Assembly: GCA_026026165.1 (NCBI GenBank)
Contig: JAPEUD010000049.1
Location: forward strand, 62,001-126,000
DNA length: 64,000 nucleotides
Origin: Sarea resinae
Taxonomy: Eukaryota
Direction of reading: 5' to 3'
Shown: in pieces, positions 14,636-28,100 of the stretch
How positions within the stretch are numbered: position 1 is the stretch's first letter
How the letters are laid out: every line of letters begins with the position of its first letter
Position numbers and translations under genes: made by a program
The notes under the pieces: model-generated
Database searches by the model: none
Seen by the model: only the letters and a program-made list of their open reading frames with translations
Told to the model about the DNA's origin: nothing

Positions 14636-15855
14636 TCAGGCCTTGAGGCGCGCGCCCTCAAGATCATCATGCGCATCCTTGACCAGAAAACTATGTGCAA
14701 ACTCGTCAGCCGCAATCAAGCCAGATGGTTCAATGAAAGAAAAATGCTCACCTGTACCACCAGATTGTCGGTCCGACGGTGCCCAAATGCCAGAGACTGT
14801 GTGCATCCAGCATCCCCCCGATGGGAGGGAAGTCCAGGAGCTCCAAACTCATCGCGAGAACAATCCACGCGACGATCAAGCCCGGCCAAGCCGCCCACGT
14901 TCTCTTCATCCGTTGGTATCGCTTGATGCTGAACCAGCTCCATAGCAGATTCTGCACGACGCCTACCACCACATTTGCCGCCATGTTGTACGTGTAGTCC
15001 CAGCTCCACAGTGTGAGATAAGAGACATGTCCAATGTACAGAGCGATGCAGAAAAGCGTCCACAACCGCAAGGTCGCCTGCTTGGAGGGTAGATCGAGCC
15101 GGTATATACGAATTGGCGTGTAGTAAAGCCCATAGAGCACGCTGGCACCGGCGGCAAAATAGTCCAACTTCTCCGTGACATCGAAATCTCGGGTGTGGAA
15201 TATCATGCTGAAGATCCAACTGGCCAGGCCAAAATACCCAAATGCCAGGTAATATTTCCGCAACGGGTAACTCGCAGGTATTGACTGGCGGATCTTGTTC
15301 ATGCCCTGGTCATGGGCAAGGAAGTTGAAGAGGGAAAACAGGACCGAGAACGGTTCCTGCATGCCGAACAGGCGGTGGAAGGGCCATTTCCCATGATATT
15401 GAACGACGGGGTCCTGAATCATGAACCGGTGTTGCCTGTTCTCGGTGACGATGTGTTGGCATGTGTAATCGCATTCCGAGGAGCAAGTCCATAGGAGGAG
15501 CTGCAGATGGAGCGCTACATAGACCCTCCATTAGTCCTGGGAGCCATTGAAGGTTCGAGAAGATTATCTACTCACGCAGAGACGTCTTGCCATCCCCGCA
15601 ATTGACCTCCTCACATGTCTGTGGAGAATAATGAGTTAGGCGACCTCAGATAAGGCTCAAGAACTTGTTCCAACATACTGCAACGCATTCACGAAACTCG
15701 GGGAGCCGATCTCCTATTGAAGCCTGCGTTCTACCCGCAAGCAAGGACAGAATGAGCAGAGATGCAATTGCCAGAGCAGGAAACCCTGCGCGCTCCCGAA
15801 CTATCATCGCGCCGTCGCTCTGTGCGCTCCGTGTACCGTGTGTGCTCTGCCTCAT
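14636..15855 (-). CDS. PER1: Per1/PGAP3 GPI lipid-remodelling protein (start may instead be ~15807)
   Basis: A signal peptide followed by SIGDRLPEFRECV, QYHGKWPF, QEPFSVLFS, FHTRD, EKLDYF, LELLDFPP and DAHSLWH; the last exon ends ..DDLEGARLKA*. Confidence 0.92.
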
Positions 15856-16130
15856 GGCAACACAAGACCCAACTGAGGGAGCTGTACATCCGGACGCGAT
15901 CGGCCTATTACGTAAGCGAGCCGACGCTCAACCCCTGAATCAAGGAGACTTTCTTTGGACTCAGATAAATTATTCTAGTAACTCCTTCTAATTCTTCCGA
16001 AGCAAAGACTCCACATTATGAGAGATAGTCTAATTATGATACGTTTCAGGACGCTGTACAAGGAATGCGGAACGCCTAAAAGACATGCTGTTCATCTAAG
16101 TAATTCGCACTTTCAATCACACATCAAAAC

Positions 16131-19100
16131 TCATCTATCCATCATGGCCGTGAGGGCCTTTCTAACCTCTCCAATCAAGCAATCAGCCTCAAGGAAGTCA
16201 ATAAGACTTGTAGGGCCGAACACGCCTAAGCCGAGTTGGCCATTCTTGACCGCAGCTTCAATGTCCACCGACGGCTATAACGGCACCTTAGCTTTGATGA
16301 ACGAAATGAAATTTGAAGAATCGGGGTTCTTACCACATAGGCTTTATTGACGAGGTTACCCCTCAGTGCTACAGGGACTTGCCACCCCTCTTGGTTTCCG
16401 GGGATCGTGGTTCTATGGCCATCCTTCCAGTCCTGTTCTACTTCTTCGATCTTAACCGCTTCATGTTCTGATTCGTCTCTTGAATCTGGCAGAGTTAAGA
16501 TGTTGATGAAGCAGTCCACCTTTATTCCCGTCCACGATTCAATGTCCCATAGAGACACATTCGAGTGTTCAATGCTGCCTATTTCCTGCAGGTCCTCCTG
16601 TATACTGATAGCAATATCCATAAACGTTCTTTGGAAAGGCCTATGAACTCTCATAGGCACAAGATTGACAGTTGGCGCAAGAAGTACATCCAAACCTTCA
16701 GCACCATGTGACCGATTTGCCAAGTATATCCCAAAAATAACATCTTCGGGTTCGGAACCAGTAGCCCGTTGAAGCATTTGGCCATGAGCAACTGCACATG
16801 CAGCGATGATGAGGGCCTGCATGCTTACGCCCTCTTGTTTTGCCTTTCTCTCCAATCTATCTCCCGTGTCAATGACATTGGGTTGGAAGACTTCAGTTCT
16901 TGTAGTATATGATACGTCTTGTCGGAAGGGCAGTCTCTTTGCTGTTGCTCCCAAATAATTCTTCCAAAACTGCTCCTGCTTTGCCTTGCTCGAATGAGTA
17001 CAATTGAAGGCAACGAAATCAGCAATACTGTCCATGCGGAGGGCATCATCTATATTGTTGCACAATCTTTGGAGTTGGTGAATCATTCTCGGCAGGCTGA
17101 CCCCATCATATAATGCATGGTGAATCTGTAGCTTTATGCGAATATGGTGATTTCTTTGCTGGGCGTAAAGCGTCACTGGTGGGGCGGCGAGATCTGATTT
17201 CTTATTCCTTTTGGTCTCCTCATCATGGTTTTCAGAAACCCAAACAATGTGTTCATTGGAACTTCTAAGTGCGACCTGTATCATAGGAACACGTTCGTCC
17301 TTGGTCGCAATGAAAGTGGTACGCAGTATCGGTAAGTTTTGGACAAGCTTTGTCCAAGCTTTCTCGAGGCTTTCGGGCTCCAGATCACCGATGACACGAT
17401 AATCGAATGTCGGATAGAATAATGTGCCTTCCGAATTCTGCCATGAAGATAACATATAGACCTGTCCGGCGGTAGCAGGCATGACACTTTCCGCATGGAC
17501 CCTCTTGATGCCGACTGTCTCAATTATAGACCATGTATCGAGGCCATCTAGTGTATCTGCGAGCACCTTGTGTGTATCAACGGCTGCAGCAGATGACACA
17601 TCAATTTGTCTGTTGCTGATGATACGAGCCATATTTTCAACAGTAGCGGCTTTTAGCATATCGCTCACGCTAAGTCTCATGGATTGTTTCTTTAGCAATG
17701 CAGATACCTTGATAGCGCTGATCGAGTCAAGTCCAAGGTGGAATAAGGAAGAATGTTTCGAAATTTGGTCTTCTGGGACCATGCCAACCGTAGATAGAAC
17801 CTTGCGAATTTTTTTCTCTGTAGCTGACCATGTTTTGGGTCCTGCCTGTCGCTCTATGTCAGGTGAGGAGCTCTCTGTCCCCAAAGGTGTTTCCTCTTCA
17901 TCTCTGAAAGCTGCCAGTCCGCAAATTGAAATTTGTTGCTCGCTTATATCAAGCACTGGAGATTCCGGAGACTCGATTATCTTGCGGAGCACGTAATCCA
18001 TCTCATGGAGTAGAAGTTCTGTGTTTTCGGCGTCCATTGTGGATGAATCGCAGGCAACTCGCCAGATCAAGGATTCATTAGTAGCCTCCATTTCGGCACA
18101 TACAGGATACTTTGGAATGGTCAGCAACTAAAGATTGATATAGAGAATAGCTTACCTCTACATCCGATAGACCGCCCACAGACTCATATATCAGAGTACC
18201 ATTCGACCCATTTGGTTGTTTCTGATAGATAAATAGCGTATCAAAAAGCTTCCCATCGCGTGCCTTCATCATGGCCTGAGCCTTCCGAAGTGGGAAGTGC
18301 TGATACTGGGATATGTTTGATATGTTTTCTTGCACGTAATGCAGCATTTCTTTCCGCGACCCATGAATAACAGAGCGGATGGCTACGGTATTCATTGTCG
18401 GGAAGAGCAGTAGATTTGACTCTTCACTTTCACGCCCTGATAGAACCGCACCAAAGACAACATCCAGTTGATGAAGGTGACGGGCTAACACGAGAGACCA
18501 GCATGTTTGACCTAGAGCCTGCATAGAGACGCGCTGGGATCGGCAGAAGGATGAGACTTTATCGAGATTGATTAGACTTGTCCTTTCTTTTCGATAGGTT
18601 TGAGATTCCTCATTTTCGACGCAAGAATTTCGCGGGAAAGCCGAGGGTTTAACACCAGCCAAGCTACTACTCCAGAAAGAGGCAGCATCATTACCAGAAG
18701 AATTGAGGATGTTCTCAAGCGTTCCGCGCCAGGATGGGCGGGAAGAGTACAATCCATCATAAGCTTTTCGCACATCGTCATGAAAAAGACTTAGAGACCA
18801 GCCATCATAGAGAGCATGAGAAATAGATAGAATGAGAAACTTTTCATCTGCGACTTCAGCGAAAGTTAATCTGAACGGCGCCATACTAGAGAAATTTTCT
18901 TTGACGTCCTCAGTAATTGTGTCGAACAGGGCTCTAAAGTTATTTCCGCCATCAACCGTATGTGTGGAGATGGCCACGGTTTTTGGCGAGTGTACGAGCT
19001 GAGCATATGTGACGGCTATGCTAGGCTCATCAATCTCAAAGAAAGATGTTCTCAGTATAGGAGAATCTTTGACGACAGCATTCAAAGCCGCTTCTAACTT

Positions 19101-22100
19101 CTTCGTATCGACTGAGGGCAAAATTTTCAGGACGTCATGATTGAAATACCGCTTGAAATCAGATTGTATCATCTCGGCAACCATGGCCTCTTGGAGCGGG
19201 GTGACTGGCAGGACTTCTTGGATCTCCTGAAAATCATCCAATTGTATCAAAGTTGTCTTCAGTCGTTGCTCATAATCATCAAGATCGACTTCCTTTATGT
19301 TTTCGTGGACGACATTGTGTTTTACTGCAACTTGCGCAGTCATATTTGCAACGGTAAGCGTTCGCATTATCTCGCTGACAGAGATATTGATACCGCTTTG
19401 CTTTAGCCTTGACGATAATTTGATAGCGTCGATACTATCAAGACCTAGTTCAAAGATCGAGGAGTCCTCTGTGAGTGTAGCAGGATCTGCACTAGCCAAG
19501 GACGCTATTTCGTTGCGGATTGCAAAAGCATCCTTCGTCCATTGAAATTCGTTTATCGGTGTATTGCTGTGAGCAAAGAGGCCCGCTTCTGAGACCCCAT
19601 TGACGGTGTTTACACTATCTAGCTCTGTTCTGGCATCTTCCGAAATTCGCTGCTCCGGGTGTGCTTGAAGTCGAGAAAGTGCATCTTTGAAGTATTGGAG
19701 GAGCTGTGTGGAGGTTTCCTTGTTAGACACCGAGCCTTGGGAAACGATAGTAAGCCGCAGAGAACCATCGAGCTGGTATACAGCCTCGAAGGAAAGAGGA
19801 TACTAGGGAAGTTAGCGGTCTTCGTCGAGAGCATTACAACATCATCTTACATCGGCTTCGGATGTAGACTCTATTGAGCGCCAGAGAGGCCCTTTTTCAA
19901 TTGGCGCCTCTTCCATTTCCTTTTGGAAAACAAACAAAGTATCGAAAAGTGGCCTATCTGGTGTTCGTCGACACCATTTCATGATGTTTCTTAAAGGAGT
20001 ATGTTGAAACGGCAAAGCTTCCGTGTTGAAATTGTGGCAGAGTTGGACAGCCTCCGTCCAAGTCGAAATAGCATTAACCTTGGGGTGGAAAGGAATTGTG
20101 TTGAAAAGTGGGCCAATAGTGAGATCTGCGTGCTCTATGTCGATTGATCGTCCCGAAACGACTATACCAATCGTCAAATCAGGTATATATTTTTGAAGAA
20201 CGGACATCCAGCAAGCTTGGGCAACAGCTTGATGAGTGACCTTCAACTTTCGTCTGACTGCCTCAAAGGCCCCTGGGTCATTGATTGCCATAGAAACCTC
20301 ACTACTGTCTTTAGACGGTGATGCCACTAGGATAGGCATTTTATGGTTTCCAGATCCATTCAAGTGTCTAGTCCAAAAGCTTTTGGCATCATCCATAGGC
20401 TTGAGCGGTCCGTATGGTAAGACTTGGAGGTAAGAAGGACCATATTCGATATTGGGTGCTTTGTGGTACTCCAGGAGAACTCGATGAAGCATCACTGGCA
20501 AGCTATTTCCGTCATATAACGCGTGAAAAATGTGGAGACACATGACAGTCCGGGTAGGCGCACGAATGATTAGTATCTCAAAAGGCTTACGAATAATATC
20601 TCTGTTTTGCTGCCACCATTTCCGATGGAGAGTTTTCGCAAGTCTCTTGACCTCAAGTTCTTCAGAAGCAGTGCTTTCAGTCCAAGGAAGCTCCAGATGA
20701 TGTAGTGTCACTTGAATATACCCGTCTGTTGTTGGGACGAACAAGGTCCTTAGTATCTGAGCAGCCTTCATGACCGATATCCAGGCCCTTTGCAGTTCCC
20801 GCACTTCGGTTGTGGGCAGCAGCTCAAAGTAGAATGCAGCAAAGTAAAGAGGCTTGGTGCTTTCGAGAGTTCGAGATATTATTCCTTCCTGTAAGGGAGT
20901 ACATGGCGCTATCTCCTCTATGTCGTTGTGAGAAACATGCAGACTTCTGGATACGGACGATCCATATTTGTGTGAAAATGCTGCAAGCTGCTGTTTAATA
21001 GCTCTTATCGAGCTGCCATGGGCGGTGCGGCCTTCCGAGGAGGCCAAGGCTTTTGCGAGCTGGTCAATTGTAGATTTTTGCATGACAAGAGACGTTTGTG
21101 CGTCGCCAAAGCCAGCATCTCTTAGCTTTTTGGAAAAGGCTATGACTGATATCGAATCGAGACCTAATTCGAAAATGGACGAATATCTTGATATATGACG
21201 AGGGTCAATATGAACCAGTTGGGCGAGGATATCGAAGATCCTTCTTTCCTCATCAGAAAAGTCCTCTTCTGCATCCTCTGATTTCGAAAGCTTCTGGAGG
21301 TCTCTAACGGACAGTGTTGAGTAGAGCTCCTTTAGTTGCTTGGCATCTACTTTGTTGTTCGCAGACAAGGGAATGAAATTGACCGGAACGAAATGGGTTG
21401 GAACCATATACCCGGGAAGACTGGCTTGGCATGCTTTTCGAATCGCGGAAGTGAAATCCGCAGTCTCAGGACCAATCAATATTGTAGAGGCTTTAGATTT
21501 GAGCCAGGCATTTTTAGGGACCACAAAAGAAACGAGTTGTTCTTTTTGCTGCTTCGGAAGTTTCAGGACTAGAGAAGTCACTTCATGGACATCCTCAACG
21601 CCCTTCTTTATGACAGCATTGATCTCGCCAATTTCGAGGCGCTGACCCCTTAGCTTGACTTGATCGTCTGCTCGTCCAAGGAAGTCGAAGGTCCCATCAT
21701 GCAGTATTCGAACAAGGTCTCCTGTACGGTAAACACGCTCGCTGGGTTCTATCAGAGGAAACCGTTCCCGGGTGAGGGCGGGTCGGTTGAGATAGCCGCG
21801 CCCTACAAGAGGCCCGGATACGCAAAGCTCCCCCACAGCACCACGAAGTACAGGTGTGGATGAATTTGGCAAGAATACGAATGAACCTACATTGTCAAAC
21901 TGTGGCCCTATATTTGAGGGCTTGCCATTTGCTGGCACCCTCGGGAACATAGTGACGCCAATTGTCGCTTCTGTCGGACCATATCCATTGTAAATCACTC
22001 CTTTAGATCCCCAAACATCGAGAATATCTTGCCGAAGTTGTTCACCCCCTGTTATAAAAACGCCCCTGCAAAGAGACGGTACCTCATCTGGATGCAGAAG

Positions 22101-25100
22101 CCTTGCAAGGCTTGGGGTGAGATCGATATGAGTGATGCCAAGCTGCTGTATGGTCCCAGCAAGGTCTTCAAAGATCAAATCTCGAGGCGCAGAGGAGACA
22201 CAGATTCCAACACTCCAACTCCAATACTGCTCCAGTACACTTACATCGAAGTGGAAGGAAGCGAATTGAAGCCATTTAGATTCTTCGTCCCAGTGCCCCT
22301 TGAAAAGGCGCTGGAACGATAGCATTGCTTGAACGGCATTCTCGTGGGTAATCTCGCAGCCCTTCGGCGTCCCGGTTGTCCCTAATGTTTTTGTTATCGA
22401 ACCTTCAGAGTTCACGCAGGCATTGGAGCTTACCAGAAGTGTATAAGCAATAGCACGTATCGCTAGGGCTGATTGCTCTTGGCAGTGTGATAGATTCAGA
22501 AGGCATCTTCTCTATCGTCTTCTTATCTTCTAGATTTATGACTGGGATCCTCACGTGATCCTGGAGCTCTGATGCCTTTTCGCCAGCTGACAGAATTATC
22601 GATGGTTCAGAGTCTTCGATGATAAAGGATTTGCGGGCAATCGGTGCACCAGGGTCGAGTGCAACATAAGCACAACCAGCTTTCAGAATCCCCAAGATTG
22701 CTAACGATGCTTCTGGACACTTCTCGAAGCATATTGCGACTAAGTCGCCAGGCTTCGCTCCCTTGGTCTGCAAAAGATGAGCAATTTTGTTGCCATCGGC
22801 ATCTAGTTGGTGGTAAGTCCACTGCTGTCTCACTAGCTTGGGCCCATGGAGGCTTGACGCAAATTCGAAAGCGAGCTTTTCGGGAGAGCACCGCGCCTGC
22901 CATTCCACAAATTGATGGAGCAGCTTGACATCAGATGCCAGCATTCGCTCCTTCGGGGGGGTAATTGAAAGGAGTTTAGTGTTGAGCTTGGACATGTCGG
23001 TGCTTTGTGCACTAAGAGAATTTACCGTATCCCAAATCAAGGCATCGAGTTGTCGTAGGATCATCTGAGCTTGTTCTTTCGGAATGAGATCATCCGCAAA
23101 TGTTATTCGGAACTCAAAATGAGTATCCCCGACTGGCTGCAGCTCGATAGAAACAGAAAACTGGTTGAGTTCAGTATCATAAGATGAGTTCTGATTGGAT
23201 AGGAGACCATACATCTACCGTTGCACCTTCATCGATAACCTGCCAGGGTAACTTCCTGGGAGACGCATTGATCGACTTCTGAAAGGCAAATATGGTATCG
23301 AACAATGCCTGATCTGAATGGCCAGTCCAACGCTGTATTTTCGGCAAAGGCGTTGACTGGTGTCTGACAAGAGCCGAGTTGACGCTCATAATCTGTTGAG
23401 CAAACTCTAGATTACTTCCCTGAACATTGCAAGCTAACGGAAGGGTGGCAATGCAGGGAAATGCAACGCTCTCGGCATCTTCACATATTGTTCTTCCAGA
23501 AAGGACTACTGCCGTCAGCAAAAGGTGGGAAAATTAGAAGAAAGATTTACCTGAGCCAAATGTGACGGAATGTTCACCCGTATAAGCCGCCAAGAGGCGA
23601 GCCCACGCCGCTTGGCCGGCTGCTTGCATTGTAATCCCGGCCGTTTTGCATCGGTCTTCGAGGTCACTCCTTGTAGCTGAGCAAACCATCGAGGCGACAT
23701 GATTGGCTTTAGTGTCAACTCGTAGTGGGGTCAGATTAGGAAATCGATTAACAAAGATGTGGTCGTTTTGAGCGTCCCAGAATGCTCTCTCATCATCCTC
23801 CCTGTCCTGTGCGCTGAGGATGGTGGAGATCAAGTAATTGGGTTGAATCGCAGGAAGAATTTTGTCTCCCGAGTAGAAGCCGACGACATCGTCAAGGATG
23901 AGTTGTAGAGAATGGGCATCGTACAAAGCATGGTGAGCGGAGAATTGAAGGTGTGATGTCGAGCCCGTCCGTATTGCCGTCAATCGCCAAGATGGAAGAT
24001 GCAAATTTCTCTGCACGTAATTCGCAGCTCGATTCCGCTCCTCCTGAATGATTGGCGATATATCGGCGTGTTCCACTGATTCAGTCCAAGGTGTTTCTAC
24101 CCGATCCTTGAGATAAGTCAACATAGCAAATGGATATTGCTCATCATTGATCAGGGCGAAACCAGTTCGCAGCATCTCGTGCTTTTTTGTGGCTTCTTTC
24201 CAGGCTTGGTGAAGCTTACGCATATCCGTGCTGGGCGATATCCTCATGACGACGTGGTTGAAGTACTGCTTGCCATTTGAATGAAGGAATTGGGCTATCA
24301 TCCCAGCCTGAACAGCAGTACATGGCCGAACAAATTCGATGTTTTCGGCCGGGAGACTCAGTGACTGGCAGATGGACTGGCAATGCTTGTTGTGGAATGC
24401 TCTAAAATCGAATTCAGTCTGCGTACTGTCTGAGACTTTACGATCAGGAAGTAGTAATCGAGTAAGTTGTCCGATAGTTGGTCGCTTTTGAATTGTTAGC
24501 ACTTGCTCAGGACAATCACTCATTCCTTTACCTTTAAGATATCTGCGGCCGTAACCCTCATATCCTTCTTTCTAAGCTGTGCCGCAATTTGAACAGCACT
24601 GATACTGTCGAGACCGAGCTGATAGATCGTAGTATCACGACCAAAAGCGTCTGCGGTGATCCCAGATAGATTTGATAGGATCCTGCGGAGCTCTGTTTCT
24701 TCCTGAGTCCAGCTGCCTTGGCCGCCCCCGTCAGCATCTTGATCGTTTTGCCTCGCCAGCTCTTCACCTTGCTCTATTTCGTAGAGTTTCCGCAGAGTCA
24801 GCTTGTCAACCTTGCCAGCAGAAGAGAGCGGGATTCGATCAATAATGATGAAGGTTTTCGGAACCATATAAGCAGGCAATCGAGCTGAAGCGGCGGTTCG
24901 AGCATTCCGCTCAATCTCGGGACTCTGGTCTATTTCATTTGCGGGTGTTATCACCAAGAATGATACGATTTGCTCCTTTGACGATGGAGAGTACTTTAGA
25001 ACCTGAGTGGTCACATCTCTTATCCTCGGATCGCCACCTTTCACAGCAATGCTAATTTCATCAAGTTCGACTCGAAGACCGCGGATCTTGATCTGGTCGT

Positions 25101-28100
25101 CAGAACGACCTATGAAGTCGTAATTGCCGTCTGAAAGCTTTCGAACCAAATCACCAGATTTATAGACTCTTTTGGGAAACCTGGTTTCGAGGAAATGCGA
25201 ACGTGTGAGCGCTTCATTTGCGTAGTAGCCCCGAGCAACCTGAGGTCCTCCAATATACAGCTCGCCCAGTCCGAAGATCGGAACAGCAGAACCTTGATCA
25301 CTAGTTTTCACGGTGAACGTGGTGGTAGGAAACGGAGATCCGATAATTGTGGACTTTTTCTGTGATCCCGACGGACGAATTGTGCAGCACATTGCGGCTT
25401 CTATTGAGCTATCAGCCTGAATGAAATAGTCGAAACCCACTAGACCTTACCTGTAGGACCATAAGAATTCAGGCATTTACTGCCCCATCTGTCTGCCAAT
25501 TGCTGTGGCATAGCTTCGCCAATACAATAAAGGCATTCGATCGATGGGACAGATTCTTTAGCAAGAGTCATAGCTACTGTCGGGGTAAGATCAAGCATTG
25601 TTATGTTCAGATCATTGATTGTGGATATTAGATCGTTGATCATTGCCGGCTGGGTCGTAGCACATAAAGCAAATCCAAAGGTCCAAGCCAAGAAACAGTC
25701 GTAATAGCACATATCAAACGTCGTTGCTGCAAATTGAAGCAGGCGAGTATCCTTCTCCCAGGGTAAAATCGACCTAGAACACTCAATGGTTTGCGTTGCA
25801 TTCCGATGCTCTACATTGACAGCTTTGGGCCTGCCAGTCGATCCAGACGTGTATAAGCGGTATGACAGGTTTGCTGACGACAAGCCTTTGATAGATAGGT
25901 CGACTATAGGTAAGTCGCAAAGTGTCGTCAAATCATCGACATTGAAACTTGGTAGGCCAGACCATGACATGTCCATCTCGCTGTTGCATAATATAAAGCG
26001 AGGCCGAAGCTCCTCTAGTATGAACGTGTTTCTGTCGATTGGGGCTGTTGTATCTATCGGTGTAAATGCCGCCCCAGCTTTGAGCACTGCTAATACGCTG
26101 AGATAGAAGTCGGGGCCTTTCGACATGAAAATTGGGACCGGATCGTCCGGTTGGACTCCTTGTCTCACCAGAGCGTGGGCAATGCGATTCGAAAGCTGAT
26201 TCATCTCTTGGAACGTGAAAATTGTTTGTGTCCCCTCCTTAGTCATGAAGCATAGTGCGACAGCTTCCGGCTTGGATCGAGCGTTTTTCTCGAATGCTAA
26301 ATGCACAAGGCTCCCATTCTGGCACTCTAGTACTTCAAAGTCTTCGTTGGAAGTAGACAAAAGGTGATTCCCAATGTGATCAAAATTCCCTGCGGGCGAT
26401 AAAGGGAATTGAAAGATCAAGCTCATCGTTGACTCAAATGATTCGAGTATAATGTCGACATCTAGGGATTTTACGATAGAGCTGCGAATACATAAGTCAA
26501 AGCTAGCTGAAGGTCTTCATGCATGCTCACCTATGACCATGAAGGAAAATTGTAAGACTATCGAGGTCGCGGTTGGGTACCAGCTCCAGGACAATCGGAA
26601 GCTACAACAGATCAGTACGTCAAAGTCGATGCAGAATTTGAATAAAGGTCCGCTTACATCCATTTCACCAATATCCTCTTTGAGGGACCAAATATCTTCG
26701 TTGAGCTGTGTCTCTGGCTGTTGCAGGATAAATAGGGTGTCGAACAAGCGTAGGCCGTCTTGACTGAATTTTTGCTGAATCCTTCGAAGAGGGGTAAGCT
26801 GAAACGGGAGAGAATCACTATTGATTCGTTGAAGGTCTCGGATCAACTGTAGATTTGTCGCCTGGGCAACTTTCACTCTGACCGGCAGGGTATTAAAGCA
26901 TGGTCCGACAATCCTCTCGACGCCATCCATCGGTATCGTTCGGCCGCTGACAACGTTTCCGAAGCACACATCTGTATTTCCGAGATAGGTAGAGAGTAAT
27001 TTGGCCCATGCGGCTTGTCCCAGGCCCAATAGAGAGATTGATAGTCTTTTGCATTCATTCTCCAATGCACTAAGAGAAGACTTTGTGATTCTCTTACCAA
27101 TACTAGTTCCGGTGAGCATCTTCTTGACGGTCGCGGACTCACCTGAAATATCGGGGAAAGAGTTTGGTTCGAAGCCTTCCAAGCTACTTCCCCAAAATTT
27201 GTCTGCTTCTTCGATCTGCAGGTTATCCATAAATGCTAAAAAGCCATCAAATGGCACGACAGGAGGTAGTGGGGCACCAAAGTACGACTCTTCAATTTCC
27301 GAATAGAGGACAGATATCGCCCCCCCGTCATAGAGTGCGTGATGCATAGATATCAATAGCACTATTTCTGAAGGGCCCACGAATGCAGTGAGTGCATATG
27401 GTGGTCGAGATTCCTCTACTTTTTTTGCAGTGCCATTCATTTGATCGCGTACAGCAATCTCAAGGTTGCCGGACGGAACATTTACTGTAGCCCAAGGTAA
27501 GTCACACTGATACAGTACAACTTGAGCAAAAGCATAGCGCGAGTCGTCGGTCGTAACGAAGCACGTTCTCAGGATATCATGCCTCTGGCTCATTGTCGTC
27601 CATGAGTTCTGAAGCCTTTGGACCTCTCCGTGGATTTTTAGGATAGTATGATTGTAGTATCTCGGATTTTCAACTGAATCTGCTGCTGAGAGCATAGCAT
27701 CTTGTAACGGCGTGCAGGGATAAATGGCCTTCACTTCCTGGCCGTTGCGTTCGAAGTCCTTCTTGGTCTGCATAATGAAACCTTCATCAAAGACCCGCTG
27801 CAAGTCTGAACTATGCTGCAATTTAGTCCCTGCTTGATTGCCTCTTTGTGTGATTTCTCGGCATAATGAAGCAACACTCGGATACCGAAGGATCGCCGAC
27901 ACGTCAACTTGAGCGAGGTCCGATTCCCTCAGGTTCCTAGACAAGGATATTGCAGATATAGAGTCTAATCCAAGTCCGAAAAAGGACGTCTGGCGATGGA
28001 TTTCGGCCACGGGGATACCCGTCGTCTTAGCGACTGCATCGGCAATTTGATGCTCCGTCTCCGTCCACTGCTCTTCGCTGTCAGTGGTTCTGTGCTGGGA